From the NCBI GenBank assembly GCA_963753975.1, contig CAVWEH010000004.1, positions 128,001 through 192,000 on the forward strand: 64,000 nucleotides of DNA, in the 5' to 3' direction. This DNA comes from an uncultured delta proteobacterium (GTDB lineage Bacteria; Desulfobacterota; Syntrophia; Syntrophales; Smithellaceae). Positions 1 to 11,616 of this stretch are shown here, in pieces (the stretch's first letter is position 1; each line of letters opens with the position of its first letter). Below the pieces are notes generated by a model that did not search any database, was not told the DNA's origin, and saw only the letters and a program-made list of their open reading frames with translations. The position numbers and the translations under genes were made by a program.

Positions 1-608
<608 letters not shown>

Positions 609-777
609 TGGACACATTAGGAAATAAAATATCGCCGCTTGTAAGTGGAGCTCCTCCGGCAGGAGCGGTAATCTCCTTTCCAAAACGCGACATCCCGCAG
701 CCAGCAGAAAGCATTGAACCCCCGGCGGAAGCTGGAGGCTTTCTGCAGCGGGGTGGAGCCTTACGAGGATAAAAAGG

Positions 778-1398
778 ATGGAATCTGTCGTCTTTTTTGA
801 AAAGATAGTAATTGATCCTCCTCGCACAAAAATATACCGGCGTCTCGGCTTTAAAAAAAGAACCACCCAAATTCCGGTAAACCAGCAAAAAGAAACCGAT
901 GGCTTTATCGATGAAGCCGTAGCGATTATTTCATTGCGAGGATCTTTACTGCGGACTCCCATTAATAAAAATGATGGAAAGAAAATATTTTTGGCCGGTG
1001 ATTTGATCTTCGACAGCAAAAAATTGTCCTCATTCCTCTCCAACTGCGAAGAAGCCGCGCTCATGGGCGCAACAGCCGGAAACTCCATTATGGAAGCAAT
1101 CAAAGAAAAAACGAACCAGGATAATCTGGCCGCCGCTGTGGTTTACGACGCCGCCGCCAGCGAAATAGTCGACGCCGGGCTGGATTGGATTATGGATTAT
1201 CTGAATCAACAACTTCGCCGCGAAAAAAAGACTCTTTTGCCGCGGCGCTTTTCCGCAGGCTATGCCGATTTTGATCTGACAAATCAAAAGGCACTGTATC
1301 AAAAACTCCAAATGGAAAAAATTGGCGTAACAATCACCTCCAGCTTCATCCTGCTTCCGGAAAAATCCGTCACCGCGGTGAGCGGCATTTGCGGTTAA
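778..1398 (+). CDS. stand-alone B12-dependent methionine synthase activation (AdoMet-binding) domain protein
   Basis: RFSAGYADF and LLPEKSVTAV motifs; directly upstream of a MetH lacking this domain. Confidence 0.8.
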   Translation: MESVVFFEKIVIDPPRTKIYRRLGFKKRTTQIPVNQQKETDGFIDEAVAIISLRGSLLRTPINKNDGKKIFLAGDLIFDSKKLSSFLSNCEEAALMGATAGNSIMEAIKEKTNQDNLAAAVVYDAAASEIVDAGLDWIMDYLNQQLRREKKTLLPRRFSAGYADFDLTNQKALYQKLQMEKIGVTITSSFILLPEKSVTAVSGICG

Positions 1399-1507
1399 AA
1401 CGAGGAACTGTTATTACCCTTGGAAAAAAATCACACTTCTTCACTCAAAGATGATATAAGAACATCCTCAAAGGCAAAGAGACATCTAAGTTTCGGGAAA
1501 CATTCTG

Positions 1508-3907
1508 ATGATAAACAGCAAAATTAAAAATCTCTTGACGAGAAAAATTATAATTTTGGACGGCGCCACCGGCACCGAACTGCAAAAAAAAGGAATGCCG
1601 GCAGGAGTTTGTCCTGAACTGTGGTGTTTGGAAAATCAGAACATTATTAAGGATATTCACGCATCTTACGTACAAGCGGGAGCCCAAATAATTTATGCCT
1701 GCACCTTTGGCGCTAATCGCTTTAAGCTCAAACAATTTGATTCTACAGATAATATCCGGCAAATTAATCGGCAACTGGCGCGTCTGGCTAAAAAAACTGC
1801 CGGTGACAAAGCGCTTGTTGCCGGCGATATCGGTCCGACCGGTCTTTTTATCCAGCCTTTCGGGCAGCTTTCCTTTGCAGAAGCCGTGAACACTTTTCGC
1901 GAACAAGCTCTCGGTTTGATTGAAGGGGGATGTGATCTTATCGTCATTGAAACGATGATCGATATTCAGGAAGCACGGGCGGCTTTATTGGCCGTAAAAG
2001 AAATTAAAGACATTTTTACTATCGCTTCTATGACCTACGAAAAAGATGGTCATACACTGAACGGCACCGATCCGGTAAGCGCGCTCATCACACTGCAGAG
2101 CCTCGGTGCGGATGCCGTGGGCTGCAATTGTTCTACCGGACCCGAAAATATGGTGGAATTCATCGCCGCCATGAAGCCTTATGCAACAGTGCCACTCATC
2201 GCTAAACCGAATGCCGGGGTTCCTCGCCTCGAAAACGGCAAAACAATCTTTGATATGGATGCCGCAACCTTTGCCTCTTTCGGACGCAAACTCGCAGCGG
2301 CAGGAGCTAATATGTTAGGCGGCTGCTGCGGAACAACGCCGGCACATATCAAAAAACTCGCTCAGATAACGGCAAATATCAAACCGAAAGCGCCACGGAG
2401 AAAGTCAATTGCCGCGCTCAGCTCCGCGCGCGGATTTTTGCACATAGGCGAAAATCAGCCCCTCTTAATCGTCGGAGAACGGATTAATCCTACGGGGAAG
2501 AAATTATTCCAGCAGGAGCTCTCCGAAGGAAAGACATCCATCCTTCGCCAGATGGCTCTCGATCAAGAAAAGCAAGGTGCAAATTTATTAGACGTAAATG
2601 TCGGCCAGCCGGGCATAGACGAAGTCGAAACGATCAAAACCGCCATAAGCCTTTTGACGACGGTATCCAAATTACCGCTGGTGATAGATTCTTCCCGGAT
2701 AGAGACCATCGAAGCTGCGCTGCGCATTTATCCCGGCCGGATGCTCATCAACTCCATCTCCGGGGAAAAAGAGAAAATAAAGCGGCTTCTGCCGCTCGCC
2801 GCCAAATACGGGGCGATGTTTATTCTCCTGCCTTTGACCGAGGGCGAAATACCGTCTACCGCCAAAAAGCGCCAGAGCATAATCAAGTGCGTCTTTCAGG
2901 CGGCGAAGAAATACGGATTTACCAAAGATGATTTTGTCGTGGATGGTCTTGTTATGGCCGTCGCTTCGGATACGCAAGCCGCCAAAGAAACCTTAAAGAC
3001 TGTTAGTTGGTGCGCGGAGATATTTAAGTGTAAAACCATTTTGGGGCTTTCGAATGTTTCCTTCGGGATGCCCGGACGTCCCTGGCTTAACGCCGGTTTT
3101 CTGGCGATGGCGCGATTATGCGGTTTGACCATGGCCATTGCCAATCCGGCCAGCACGGAAATGATGAATATAGCCAAAGCAGGAGACGTTCTTACGGCAA
3201 AAGATAAAAGCGCCCAGCGTTTTATCGGCCATTTTTCAGCCGAAAAAAATGCTGATTCCAGCGCTGCCGTAAAGATGATTCTTTCGCCTGAGGAAAAAAT
3301 AGCCGGTGCGATTATGGAAGGAGACAGAGAAAGTATAGTTTCTCTGATTAAGTCCGTTCTATCTTCAGACTATTCGGCGCTGGAAGTGGTCGATCAAATC
3401 ATGATTCCCGCCATAGTCAAAGTGGGCGATCTATACGAAAAGAAGGTTTATTTTTTGCCGCAACTTATGGCCGCGGCCGAAGCAATGAAAAAAGCGCTCA
3501 ATTATCTGGAGCCGCAATTAAAGAAAGCCACCACCGGAGATAAAGGCAAAATAATACTGGCAACTGTAAAAGGTGATATTCACGACATAGGAAAAAACAT
3601 TGTTGCGCTTCTTTTAAGAAACTATGGCTACAGTGTTCTTGATTTGGGCAAAGATGTCGCTGCAGAAATAATAATCGCCGCTGCCAAAAAGGAAAAGCCG
3701 GATGTGATCGGCCTTTCCGCGTTGATGACGACAACAATGGTCAACATGAAGGACGTAATTGCTCTGGCCCGGGAACATGGAGTAAAAGAAGCCTTTCTCA
3801 TCGGCGGAGCAGTTGTTACCGAAACTTATGCTCGCTCCATCGGCGCGTCTTTTGCGAAGGATGGTGTAGAAGCTGTTAAGGTAGTTGAAAAATTAATTAA
3901 AAAATAA
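1508..3907 (+). CDS. metH: cobalamin-dependent methionine synthase (Hcy-, pterin- and B12-binding domains)
   Basis: LDGATGTELQ, GGCCGTT, IVGERINPTGKK, GDIHDIGKNIV (DxHxxG), LSALMTTTM. Confidence 0.9.
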   Translation: MINSKIKNLLTRKIIILDGATGTELQKKGMPAGVCPELWCLENQNIIKDIHASYVQAGAQIIYACTFGANRFKLKQFDSTDNIRQINRQLARLAKKTAGDKALVAGDIGPTGLFIQPFGQLSFAEAVNTFREQALGLIEGGCDLIVIETMIDIQEARAALLAVKEIKDIFTIASMTYEKDGHTLNGTDPVSALITLQSLGADAVGCNCSTGPENMVEFIAAMKPYATVPLIAKPNAGVPRLENGKTIFDMDAATFASFGRKLAAAGANMLGGCCGTTPAHIKKLAQITANIKPKAPRRKSIAALSSARGFLHIGENQPLLIVGERINPTGKKLFQQELSEGKTSILRQMALDQEKQGANLLDVNVGQPGIDEVETIKTAISLLTTVSKLPLVIDSSRIETIEAALRIYPGRMLINSISGEKEKIKRLLPLAAKYGAMFILLPLTEGEIPSTAKKRQSIIKCVFQAAKKYGFTKDDFVVDGLVMAVASDTQAAKETLKTVSWCAEIFKCKTILGLSNVSFGMPGRPWLNAGFLAMARLCGLTMAIANPASTEMMNIAKAGDVLTAKDKSAQRFIGHFSAEKNADSSAAVKMILSPEEKIAGAIMEGDRESIVSLIKSVLSSDYSALEVVDQIMIPAIVKVGDLYEKKVYFLPQLMAAAEAMKKALNYLEPQLKKATTGDKGKIILATVKGDIHDIGKNIVALLLRNYGYSVLDLGKDVAAEIIIAAAKKEKPDVIGLSALMTTTMVNMKDVIALAREHGVKEAFLIGGAVVTETYARSIGASFAKDGVEAVKVVEKLIKK

Positions 3908-3920
3908 AGGCTTTCGGCAC

Positions 3921-4628
3921 GTGGAATTAATCACCCGGAAAAAGAAAATACAAAAAATCACATCGGCAGTTTGCTTTTCACTTTTAATTCACGCCGGCGC
4001 GGGAACGCTTTTAATCTTTAGTCCGTTAAGTGCTCCAGTTTCCCCTCCCCGCTTAAGCGGCTTGAATTTTGTTTGGGCATCGCTCGGCGCTGAAAGCAGC
4101 GGCACAGCCGTTGAAAAAAACCCGCTCCATCAAGCGCATAAAAAGAAAAACCCGGCTACAAACCCTTCAGAGCCTGAAGAACAAAACTCCCCGCCGAGAA
4201 CCGCGCCAATATTTGCCGCCCCCGAATCAGCCGGTCCCATTAAATCGGCAAACTACGAAGGATACAATGCCGAGTCAACCAAAGAACAATCTGCCAAAAC
4301 AAGTGAAGCCGCGGACGGCATATCACGGTCGGGCGCTTTAACTGCTTACCCTCTATACAGGGAAAATATGCCGCCGGTCTATCCGGAAATAGCACGCGTT
4401 CGCGGCTATGAAGGAGTTGTCTTGGTGGTCGCGGAAATTTTACCTAATGGCCGCGTGGGGAATATGAAAATTCGTAAATCATCCGGTTATGCCATCTTGG
4501 ACCAGTCAGCACTGGAAGGTGTAAAACCTTGGAAATTCGAACCGGCGAAGAAATCAGGCAAACCATTTACAATTTGGGTGCAAGTGCCGATCAAATTTGT
4601 CTTACATAACGATAATTCTCCATCATAA
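3921..4628 (+). CDS. TonB family energy transducer
   Basis: N-terminal TM helix with SLLIH, Pro-rich linker, C-terminal YPEIAR..GYEGVV..SSGY..LD..W.F.PA. Confidence 0.85.
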   Translation: MELITRKKKIQKITSAVCFSLLIHAGAGTLLIFSPLSAPVSPPRLSGLNFVWASLGAESSGTAVEKNPLHQAHKKKNPATNPSEPEEQNSPPRTAPIFAAPESAGPIKSANYEGYNAESTKEQSAKTSEAADGISRSGALTAYPLYRENMPPVYPEIARVRGYEGVVLVVAEILPNGRVGNMKIRKSSGYAILDQSALEGVKPWKFEPAKKSGKPFTIWVQVPIKFVLHNDNSPS

Positions 4629-4660
4629 GTAAGATTTAGATCCATTAATGGGACAAAAAA

Positions 4661-5239
4661 ATGACTATTAATGAAATGAAAGAGAGGCTGGGTGAAATAA
4701 TTATCGCGCGGTCTTTTAAATACAGTGATAATCCCCCGTTTACTCTGGCTTCCGGGAAAAAAAGCAATTATTACTTCAATTGCAAACCGACTACGCTTGA
4801 TCCCGAAGGCATGAACCTTATCGGAACAATTCTCTTTGACATGCTTAAAGATAGTGAAATTACGGCAGCGGGAGGACTCACCCTGGGAGCCGATCCGATA
4901 GCGAATGCGCTTTCGGTCATATCATATCAAAAAGGTAAACCGATAAAATCATTTATTGTCCGCAAAGACGTTAAAGATCACGGAACGAAAAGCTCGATTG
5001 AAGGTAATATTACACCCGGTGAAAAAGTTGTCATTATCGATGATGTCATAACGACCGGCGGATCCACCATCATTGCCATCGAACAGGCTCGCGAAGGCGG
5101 GCTTATCGTCGATGGAGTTATAACACTTATCGACCGCGAGGAAGGCGGCAAGGAAAATATTCTCCGGCATACAAATAACGTCAGAAGCATTTTAACCCGA
5201 ACACAAATAATGCAGCTTCGCGCAAAAGATGAGCGGTAG
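4661..5239 (+). CDS. pyrE: orotate phosphoribosyltransferase
   Basis: FTLASGKKS, VRKDVKDHGT, PRPP motif VVIIDDVITTGGS. Confidence 0.93.
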   Translation: MTINEMKERLGEIIIARSFKYSDNPPFTLASGKKSNYYFNCKPTTLDPEGMNLIGTILFDMLKDSEITAAGGLTLGADPIANALSVISYQKGKPIKSFIVRKDVKDHGTKSSIEGNITPGEKVVIIDDVITTGGSTIIAIEQAREGGLIVDGVITLIDREEGGKENILRHTNNVRSILTRTQIMQLRAKDER

Positions 5240-5350
5240 AGATAACAAATGCAAAAAAGCTCCGCTGTTTTTATTTTTTTGCATAGTCTTGCTTTTCCAC
5301 GAGTTGATTCTTTTATTACGGCAAAAGTAATTCAGTGAAGGATTTTTCGT

Positions 5351-8332
5351 ATGGTCGATCAATCAAAATTCCCCCGGCCGACACTGCAAGCCGGGAACAA
5401 ATTGCACGGATTTAAAGTACTACGGGTGCAGACAATCCCGGCCATGCGGCTCACCGCCTACGAGATCGAGCATGAAAAAACCGGCGCTAAAGTTCTGCAT
5501 CTGCATTCATTGGACCGGGAAAATTTATATGCCATCGGTTTTCGTACACCGCCTTCCGATTCGACCGGATTGCCGCATATTCTCGAACATTCCGTGCTGG
5601 CGGGATCGGCAAAATATCCGCTCAAAGACGTCTTCAAGGAATTGATGCGCTCCACACTGCAGACTTTCATCAATGCTTTCACCTACCCCGATAAAACCAT
5701 TTATCCGGTGGCGAGCCAGATCAAAGCGGATTTTTACAATCTGGCGCGCGTCTATACTGATCTGGTTTTGCATCCGCGACTATTGAAAGAAACTTTTTTT
5801 CAGGAAGGGCATCACCTGGAATTTGTTGTGCCGGAAGATCTGGAGAGCGATCTGACTATTTCCGGTATCGTTTATAATGAAATGAAGGGAGCCTACTCTT
5901 CTCCGGATTCCCTTATGTACAAAGCAATCCAGGAAAACCTCTATCCGGACAGCGTTTACGCTTACGATTCCGGCGGCGATCCTGACGTTATTCCCCAACT
6001 TACATACGAACAATTTAAGAATTTTCACCGGAGTTATTATTCTCCATCCAATGCGCGGTTTTTTATCTATGGAGATATTGAAACTGCCGAGCATCTGATT
6101 TTTCTTGCAGAGATGCTCTCCGGTTTTGAAAAATTGGAAGTTGATTCCTCCATCAAAAGCCAGCCGCTCTTGACCGAACCCCGCCACGTGACAAGCAGCT
6201 ACCCCGTGGGGAAAGAAGAATCCCTGGAGCATAAAACAATGGTTAACGTCGCCTGGCTGCTCACGGAAAATAGGGATTATGAGACGGCGCTTTTTTTGGA
6301 AATTATTTCCGGACTGCTTGTCGGCAGCGCAGCCAGCCCCCTGCGCAAGGCGCTCATTGATTCCGGGCTGGGCGAAGATCTGACGCCGGTCAGCGGCATG
6401 GAGTCTGATTTGAAGCAGCTGATGTTCTGCGCCGGTCTGAGAAATGCGCAAAGTACAGATATTCAAAAAATCGAAAAGCTCATTCTGGATACGCTGCAAA
6501 AGATTGTTACGGAAGGATTTGACCGGGACTTGATAGAGGGTATCCTTCATCAGGTTGAATTTCACGGCAAGGAAATTGTCCGCGGCTCTTATCCTTTCGG
6601 TATTGCGCTTATGGGAACTGTTTTTCAGACATGGCTCTACGACGGTGATCCGTTAATCAGTCTTGATTTTCCGCTGGAAATAGAGAATATACGCAAGCGC
6701 TGGACAGCCGATTCGCAGATATTCCAGAAGATGACAAAAAAGTGGCTTCTGGACAATCGGCATCGCCTTCTCGCGGTGATGGAACCGGACCCCGCTTTCA
6801 ACGAAAAGAAAGAAAAAAAATTCCTGGGCAAAATGGCAGGGCTTAAAGCCCGCCTTTCTCGGGATGAACTCCAAAAGATCAACACTCAGGCACATGAGCT
6901 CAAAATCTTTCAGTCGGAGGCGGATTCACCGGAAGCTGCGGCGACCATACCAAAATTAAAAATAGAAGACATCCCGAAAGAGATCGAAATAGTTCCCACA
7001 CAGCATGGAATGCTTTCCGATGTCCAGACTCTGAATCACGATATTTTTACCAACGGCATTGCTTATATCGATCTCGCTTTTGATATTGCGCATGTGCCCG
7101 AGGAGCTTCAACCTTATCTGCCGCTTCTGGGCAAGATCATGAGCGGCATGGGAGCAGCAGGTTTTACTTATGAAGAAATGGCCAAACGTATCGCTCTTAC
7201 CATGGGCGGATTTGGTTATGATCTATCCGCCGGCTTTCTAGTTGATGCCTCTACAAGCTGGCAGAAAATGATCTTTTCTTTTAAAGCGCTTTACCGTAAT
7301 TTGCCGGAAGCGATCAATATTGTCAGCGATATCCTCTGTGCCGGAGATCTGGATCACGAAGCAAGAATGCGCGATTTAATCGCCGAGCGAAAAAATGATC
7401 TGCAATCCGCTATCATCCCGTCCGGCCATATCTTTGCCAAAAGAGCCGCAGGAGCGGCGCTTACCTTGCCCGCTTATCGCGATGAGCAGTGGCACGGCCG
7501 CACGCAATTCAGATTTGTTCAGGACAAAGCCGAAAATTTCGACTCCGCAAAGATTGATTTGCGCAAAAGACTGCGAGAGTTGAAATCGATCATCTTCAGC
7601 AAGAAAAATCTACTCGTAAATATAACGGCGGAAGATCAAGGACTAAAATTAGTTGATGAAAATATTGTGCATCTTCTGCAGAAACTATTTCCGCCCGTAG
7701 ACCTGCCGGCGGAAACTCCTCCCCGGCTGACGCCGGTTTATGCAGGAATTGCCGTTCCCACACAAGTATCCTATGTTGCCCGCGTTATGAAAGCTCCGGC
7801 ATATAATGATCCGGCCTCCCCGATGCTAATGCTGGCAGCCAAGGAACTATCCAACAGCTATCTTTACAAACACATCCGGGTGCAGGGCGGCGCCTACGGT
7901 GGCATGTCTTCATTCGATCCGTCGCTGGGATTATTTTCATTTATTTCTTATCGCGATCCGCATATTGCAGAAACGCTGCAAATATATAAAGATGCGCAGG
8001 ACTTTTTTTCCTCGAATGAAATGGCCGCAGTCGATTTGGAAAAGGCCATCATTAGCACGATCGGCATGCTCGACAAACCTATGGACCCGGGAAGCCGTGG
8101 CTATACCGCGATGCTGAGGTTTTTTGGCGGTGCTACTGACGAAAAGAGGCAGAAGTTCAGAAATGATATTTTATCCGCAATGCCGAAGAAGATGAAGGAA
8201 ACATTGAAAACGTATTTCGCTGAGGCTGCTAAATCCCAAGCGGTTGCCGTTTACTCCGCTCGGGAAAAGTTGAAGAAAGCCAATAGAAGGCTCACTGAAA
8301 AACTCGTTTTGGAAAATCTTTTTGAATCCTAG
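5351..8332 (+). CDS. M16C (presequence protease/insulinase family) zinc metallopeptidase
   Basis: HILEH inverted zincin motif, NAFTYPDKT, VYNEMKG, IRVQGGAYG, SYRDP. Confidence 0.92.
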   Translation: MVDQSKFPRPTLQAGNKLHGFKVLRVQTIPAMRLTAYEIEHEKTGAKVLHLHSLDRENLYAIGFRTPPSDSTGLPHILEHSVLAGSAKYPLKDVFKELMRSTLQTFINAFTYPDKTIYPVASQIKADFYNLARVYTDLVLHPRLLKETFFQEGHHLEFVVPEDLESDLTISGIVYNEMKGAYSSPDSLMYKAIQENLYPDSVYAYDSGGDPDVIPQLTYEQFKNFHRSYYSPSNARFFIYGDIETAEHLIFLAEMLSGFEKLEVDSSIKSQPLLTEPRHVTSSYPVGKEESLEHKTMVNVAWLLTENRDYETALFLEIISGLLVGSAASPLRKALIDSGLGEDLTPVSGMESDLKQLMFCAGLRNAQSTDIQKIEKLILDTLQKIVTEGFDRDLIEGILHQVEFHGKEIVRGSYPFGIALMGTVFQTWLYDGDPLISLDFPLEIENIRKRWTADSQIFQKMTKKWLLDNRHRLLAVMEPDPAFNEKKEKKFLGKMAGLKARLSRDELQKINTQAHELKIFQSEADSPEAAATIPKLKIEDIPKEIEIVPTQHGMLSDVQTLNHDIFTNGIAYIDLAFDIAHVPEELQPYLPLLGKIMSGMGAAGFTYEEMAKRIALTMGGFGYDLSAGFLVDASTSWQKMIFSFKALYRNLPEAINIVSDILCAGDLDHEARMRDLIAERKNDLQSAIIPSGHIFAKRAAGAALTLPAYRDEQWHGRTQFRFVQDKAENFDSAKIDLRKRLRELKSIIFSKKNLLVNITAEDQGLKLVDENIVHLLQKLFPPVDLPAETPPRLTPVYAGIAVPTQVSYVARVMKAPAYNDPASPMLMLAAKELSNSYLYKHIRVQGGAYGGMSSFDPSLGLFSFISYRDPHIAETLQIYKDAQDFFSSNEMAAVDLEKAIISTIGMLDKPMDPGSRGYTAMLRFFGGATDEKRQKFRNDILSAMPKKMKETLKTYFAEAAKSQAVAVYSAREKLKKANRRLTEKLVLENLFES

Positions 8333-8369
8333 ATTAGCTGCATTTACCGCGCATTAAAAAAGTATCCTT

Positions 8370-9896
8370 TCAACTCCTTTTTTCAATCTGCTCGATCAGA
8401 TTATTGAAAATCAACCGATGAAACGGCAGGAATATATACCAGTATATTTTCCCCAGCAGAGTATGTGTATAATAGTAAGCAGTGATGGACAACTTTCTTT
8501 TATCAGTTTCATCCTGAATATTGAATTCCAGCCATGCTCTTCCGGGAAGTTTCATCTCCGCCCGCAGAAGAAGGCGCTTGTTCGGCTGAATATCTTCCGT
8601 GCGCCAGAAATCTATTACATCATCAATTTTTAGAGTAGTCTGGCTTTTTCTGCCTCTGGACGTCCCTACTCCCAGAAAAATCCGGTCGATTGCCCCGCGC
8701 AGCCGCCACATCCAGTTATTGGCAAACCACCCTCCCTTACCTCCCACGCGGCAAATGGCTTGAAAGAGGGAAGATGCTTTCTTATCGGTAACAAGCGAGT
8801 AAGAAGCGATGAATTGAGGCTTGCCCGCACATTCATGAAGCTTCATGGCCAGCTCATAGGCAGGAGGATAAGCATCGGACCAGCGCGTATGGATGTTGTC
8901 CTGCTCTTCGCGATTCATCGCTCTTATTATGGCTTCTCGGTAGCCGATGGTCTGGAACGGTAAAATTTCTCTTATCGAATTATCCTGGCAGATAACTTCA
9001 TTTTTCAGCCCTTCCATCAAACAGCGGTTTATGGAATCAGGCACAGGAGTTACAAGGCTTTCTATATAGGAATAAAAACGGATATTGGAAATAAAGCAGG
9101 GAATAAAAAAAGTCTTTTTATTCATCAATTCCGCCCTGATTTTTAACATATCCCGATAGCTGAGAATATCATTCCCGCCGATATCAAAATATTTTCCGGC
9201 CGCTTCTTTGATTTCCAAGACGCCAACCAGATATTTAATTACATCACGGATGGCAATCGGTTGGCATTTTGTCTTGGCCCAACGCGGAACCAAAATCACG
9301 GGAAGCCTTCTTATCAGATTCTGAATAATTTCATAAGAGGCGCTTCCTGATCCAATGATGATTGCCGCCCGTAAAATGGTCACGGGAACTTTTCCCTTTT
9401 GCAATTCCTGGGCCACCCGAATACGGCTTTCCAGATGTGTTGACAGCTGCGTATGTGTATCGCCCAGCCCTCCCAGATAAATAATTCGTTTAACCTTCTT
9501 CTCTTCGGCAACCATCCGAAAGTTCCTGGCGGCCTGTACGTCTGCGGAGGCGAACTCCTTCGGCCCCAGAAGCAGGGAGTGAATCAGATAATAGGCAGTA
9601 TCAATGTTTTCCAGAGCAGCCCTCAAGCTCTCTATATTGAGCGCATCAGCCACTACAATTTCCGCTTCCGGCCAATGTTCCTTGTAAATCGGAGAGGCAG
9701 CACGAACCATAACTCTGACACTGTACCCACGAGCCAATAATTCGGGAACCAATCGTCCGCCAATATATCCCGAAGCTCCTGTCACTAAAATCTTGCCCAC
9801 GTCCAGCCGCGGTTGGGAGGGCAGATCATGGCAAAACAGGTTTCCATATCCTTTCATTTGCCCGTTTAACTCATGATCAGTGGAAGAATTTGACAT
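8370..9896 (-). CDS. NAD(P)-binding atypical SDR with C-terminal DUF2867-like domain
   Basis: VTGASGYIGGRL, YYLIHS, C-terminal LRAEMKLPGRAWLEF...YWY..LPFH. Confidence 0.85.
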   Translation of the reverse strand: MSNSSTDHELNGQMKGYGNLFCHDLPSQPRLDVGKILVTGASGYIGGRLVPELLARGYSVRVMVRAASPIYKEHWPEAEIVVADALNIESLRAALENIDTAYYLIHSLLLGPKEFASADVQAARNFRMVAEEKKVKRIIYLGGLGDTHTQLSTHLESRIRVAQELQKGKVPVTILRAAIIIGSGSASYEIIQNLIRRLPVILVPRWAKTKCQPIAIRDVIKYLVGVLEIKEAAGKYFDIGGNDILSYRDMLKIRAELMNKKTFFIPCFISNIRFYSYIESLVTPVPDSINRCLMEGLKNEVICQDNSIREILPFQTIGYREAIIRAMNREEQDNIHTRWSDAYPPAYELAMKLHECAGKPQFIASYSLVTDKKASSLFQAICRVGGKGGWFANNWMWRLRGAIDRIFLGVGTSRGRKSQTTLKIDDVIDFWRTEDIQPNKRLLLRAEMKLPGRAWLEFNIQDETDKRKLSITAYYYTHTLLGKIYWYIFLPFHRLIFNNLIEQIEKRS

Positions 9897-9969
9897 TTTT
9901 TAAGCACCATTCCGCTATTGATTAAATTCTATAAATTATTTTCATGCATTCGCCTAACATAATAAAACG

Positions 9970-10769
9970 TCAGTGCATGACGGCTCCTCCATCAACATTT
10001 ATGGCCTGCCCCGTGATGTTCTTAGCCTCCTCCGAAACAAGATAAGCGACAAGGCTTGCTATATCCTCGGCCGTCTGAGGTCGTTCAAAGGTGTTACTGA
10101 TTTTACACGCGCCTCAAAAATTTCTTCCAGTGTCTTATTCGTGAGAGATGCATAGTCTTTTTGCAGCTCTCGGGCCAGACGCTCCCATCCATGTGTATAA
10201 ATGTAGCCCGGACAGACGGCATTCACCGTGATGGTATAGCGGCCCAGTTCCCGGGCCAACACCTGCGTCAACCCGACAACACCGAATTTGGCCGCACAGT
10301 AGGCGCCGATAAGCGGTTCGCCCGACCTCCCTGATATAGATGAGATATTAATAATCCGCCCCCGTTTCCTTGAAATCATAACCTGCACCACGGCACGACA
10401 ACAGAGAAACGCACTTTTCAGATTTATTTCAATCGTTTTATCCCAATTTTCGATAATTGTTTTGGCAACCGGAGCCATACCCGAGCCACCACCTACATTA
10501 TTGACGAGGATGTCTATTATACCATACGCTTCGATCGACTGCCGGACCATTTTATCGACATCAAGCTCTTTTGTGGCGTCGGATTGGAAGGCGATGCTTT
10601 CGCCACCTAGTGCGATGATTTCGGATGCGACATCTTGAGCATCTTCTCTTCTCAGATCCGTCACAATAATCTTAGCACCCTCAGCGGCCAGACGCAAAGC
10701 GATTGCCCGGCCTATTCCGTTTCCTGCACCTGTTACGATAGCTATTCTATTCTTTATTTTCAAATCCAT
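9970..10769 (-). CDS. short-chain dehydrogenase/reductase, one-base frameshift near 10085
   Basis: TGAGNGIG, NNVG, YCAAK. The conserved tail RPQTAEDIASLVAYLVSEEAKNITGQAINVDGG continues in another frame to a stop at 9970. Confidence 0.85.
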
Positions 10770-10923
10770 GCTTTCCCCCTTCGACAGCGGACATATTTGT
10801 TAAATCCAGTACAGCTTTCATGGCGCATTCTGTCAAGCATTACATTTTTAACAAAATATTTTGACATTCAGCATATTAAACTTTTATACTACTGTCGAAA
10901 CGCAAACTTGAGGATAAAACAAT

Positions 10924-11535
10924 ATGCAACTGATTCTGATCAGACACGGGGAAACGCTGTGGAACAAAGAAGGACGGGTGCAGGGCGCAAGTGATGTCGA
11001 ATTAAGCGCAGGGGGCAAAAAACAAGTAGAGCTTCTGGCTTTGTCGTTGAAAGATCATCCCCTGGAGGCGATTCATGCCAGCCCTTTGAAAAGAGCCTAT
11101 CAAACGGCAGAGATAATCAACGAGTTTCACCATCTGGACATTCAGATTCATCGGGACTTAATGGAAATGGACCAGGGAGACTTCGAAGGCGTCTCTTTTA
11201 AGGAATTGCTGGTCGGCAAAAAAGAGTTTCTGCAGAAATGGATCTCCGATCCCGCATCAGTTAAAATGCCCAACGGCGAATCTTTATCGGAGTTACAAAA
11301 CCGCGCCTGGCGCACTATGAAAGAAATCATTGGAAAATCGAAGAATGCTCTGGTCGTTTCTCACAATTTCACCATCGCCGCCATTCTCTGCCGCTTGCGC
11401 AATATCAGCCTTGCCGATTTCCGAAGCGCCTGCGTGGATACAGCTTCTAAAACTGTCGTCCGGCTCGAAAATAATGAGGCCTTTATAGACCTGCTCAATG
11501 ATCGCGGTCACCTTCTTGAGGCGAGTAAAAAATAA
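10924..11535 (+). CDS. histidine phosphatase family protein (PGM/CobC-like)
   Basis: RHGET, SPLKRA, GES, VSH motifs. Confidence 0.88.
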   Translation: MQLILIRHGETLWNKEGRVQGASDVELSAGGKKQVELLALSLKDHPLEAIHASPLKRAYQTAEIINEFHHLDIQIHRDLMEMDQGDFEGVSFKELLVGKKEFLQKWISDPASVKMPNGESLSELQNRAWRTMKEIIGKSKNALVVSHNFTIAAILCRLRNISLADFRSACVDTASKTVVRLENNEAFIDLLNDRGHLLEASKK

Positions 11536-11616
11536 TGGACATTGCCGGATTATTAAATTAAGTTAATCATTGATATTATGTTAATCGGTGCTGTTACCTT
11601 CTAATACTTTTAATAT

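Noticed and set aside
5780..6565. Long antisense ORFs (e.g. 5780-6565, 12553-13347, 19728-20477, 53320-54102)
   Set aside because: Shadows or alternative frames of well-supported genes, with no motifs of their own
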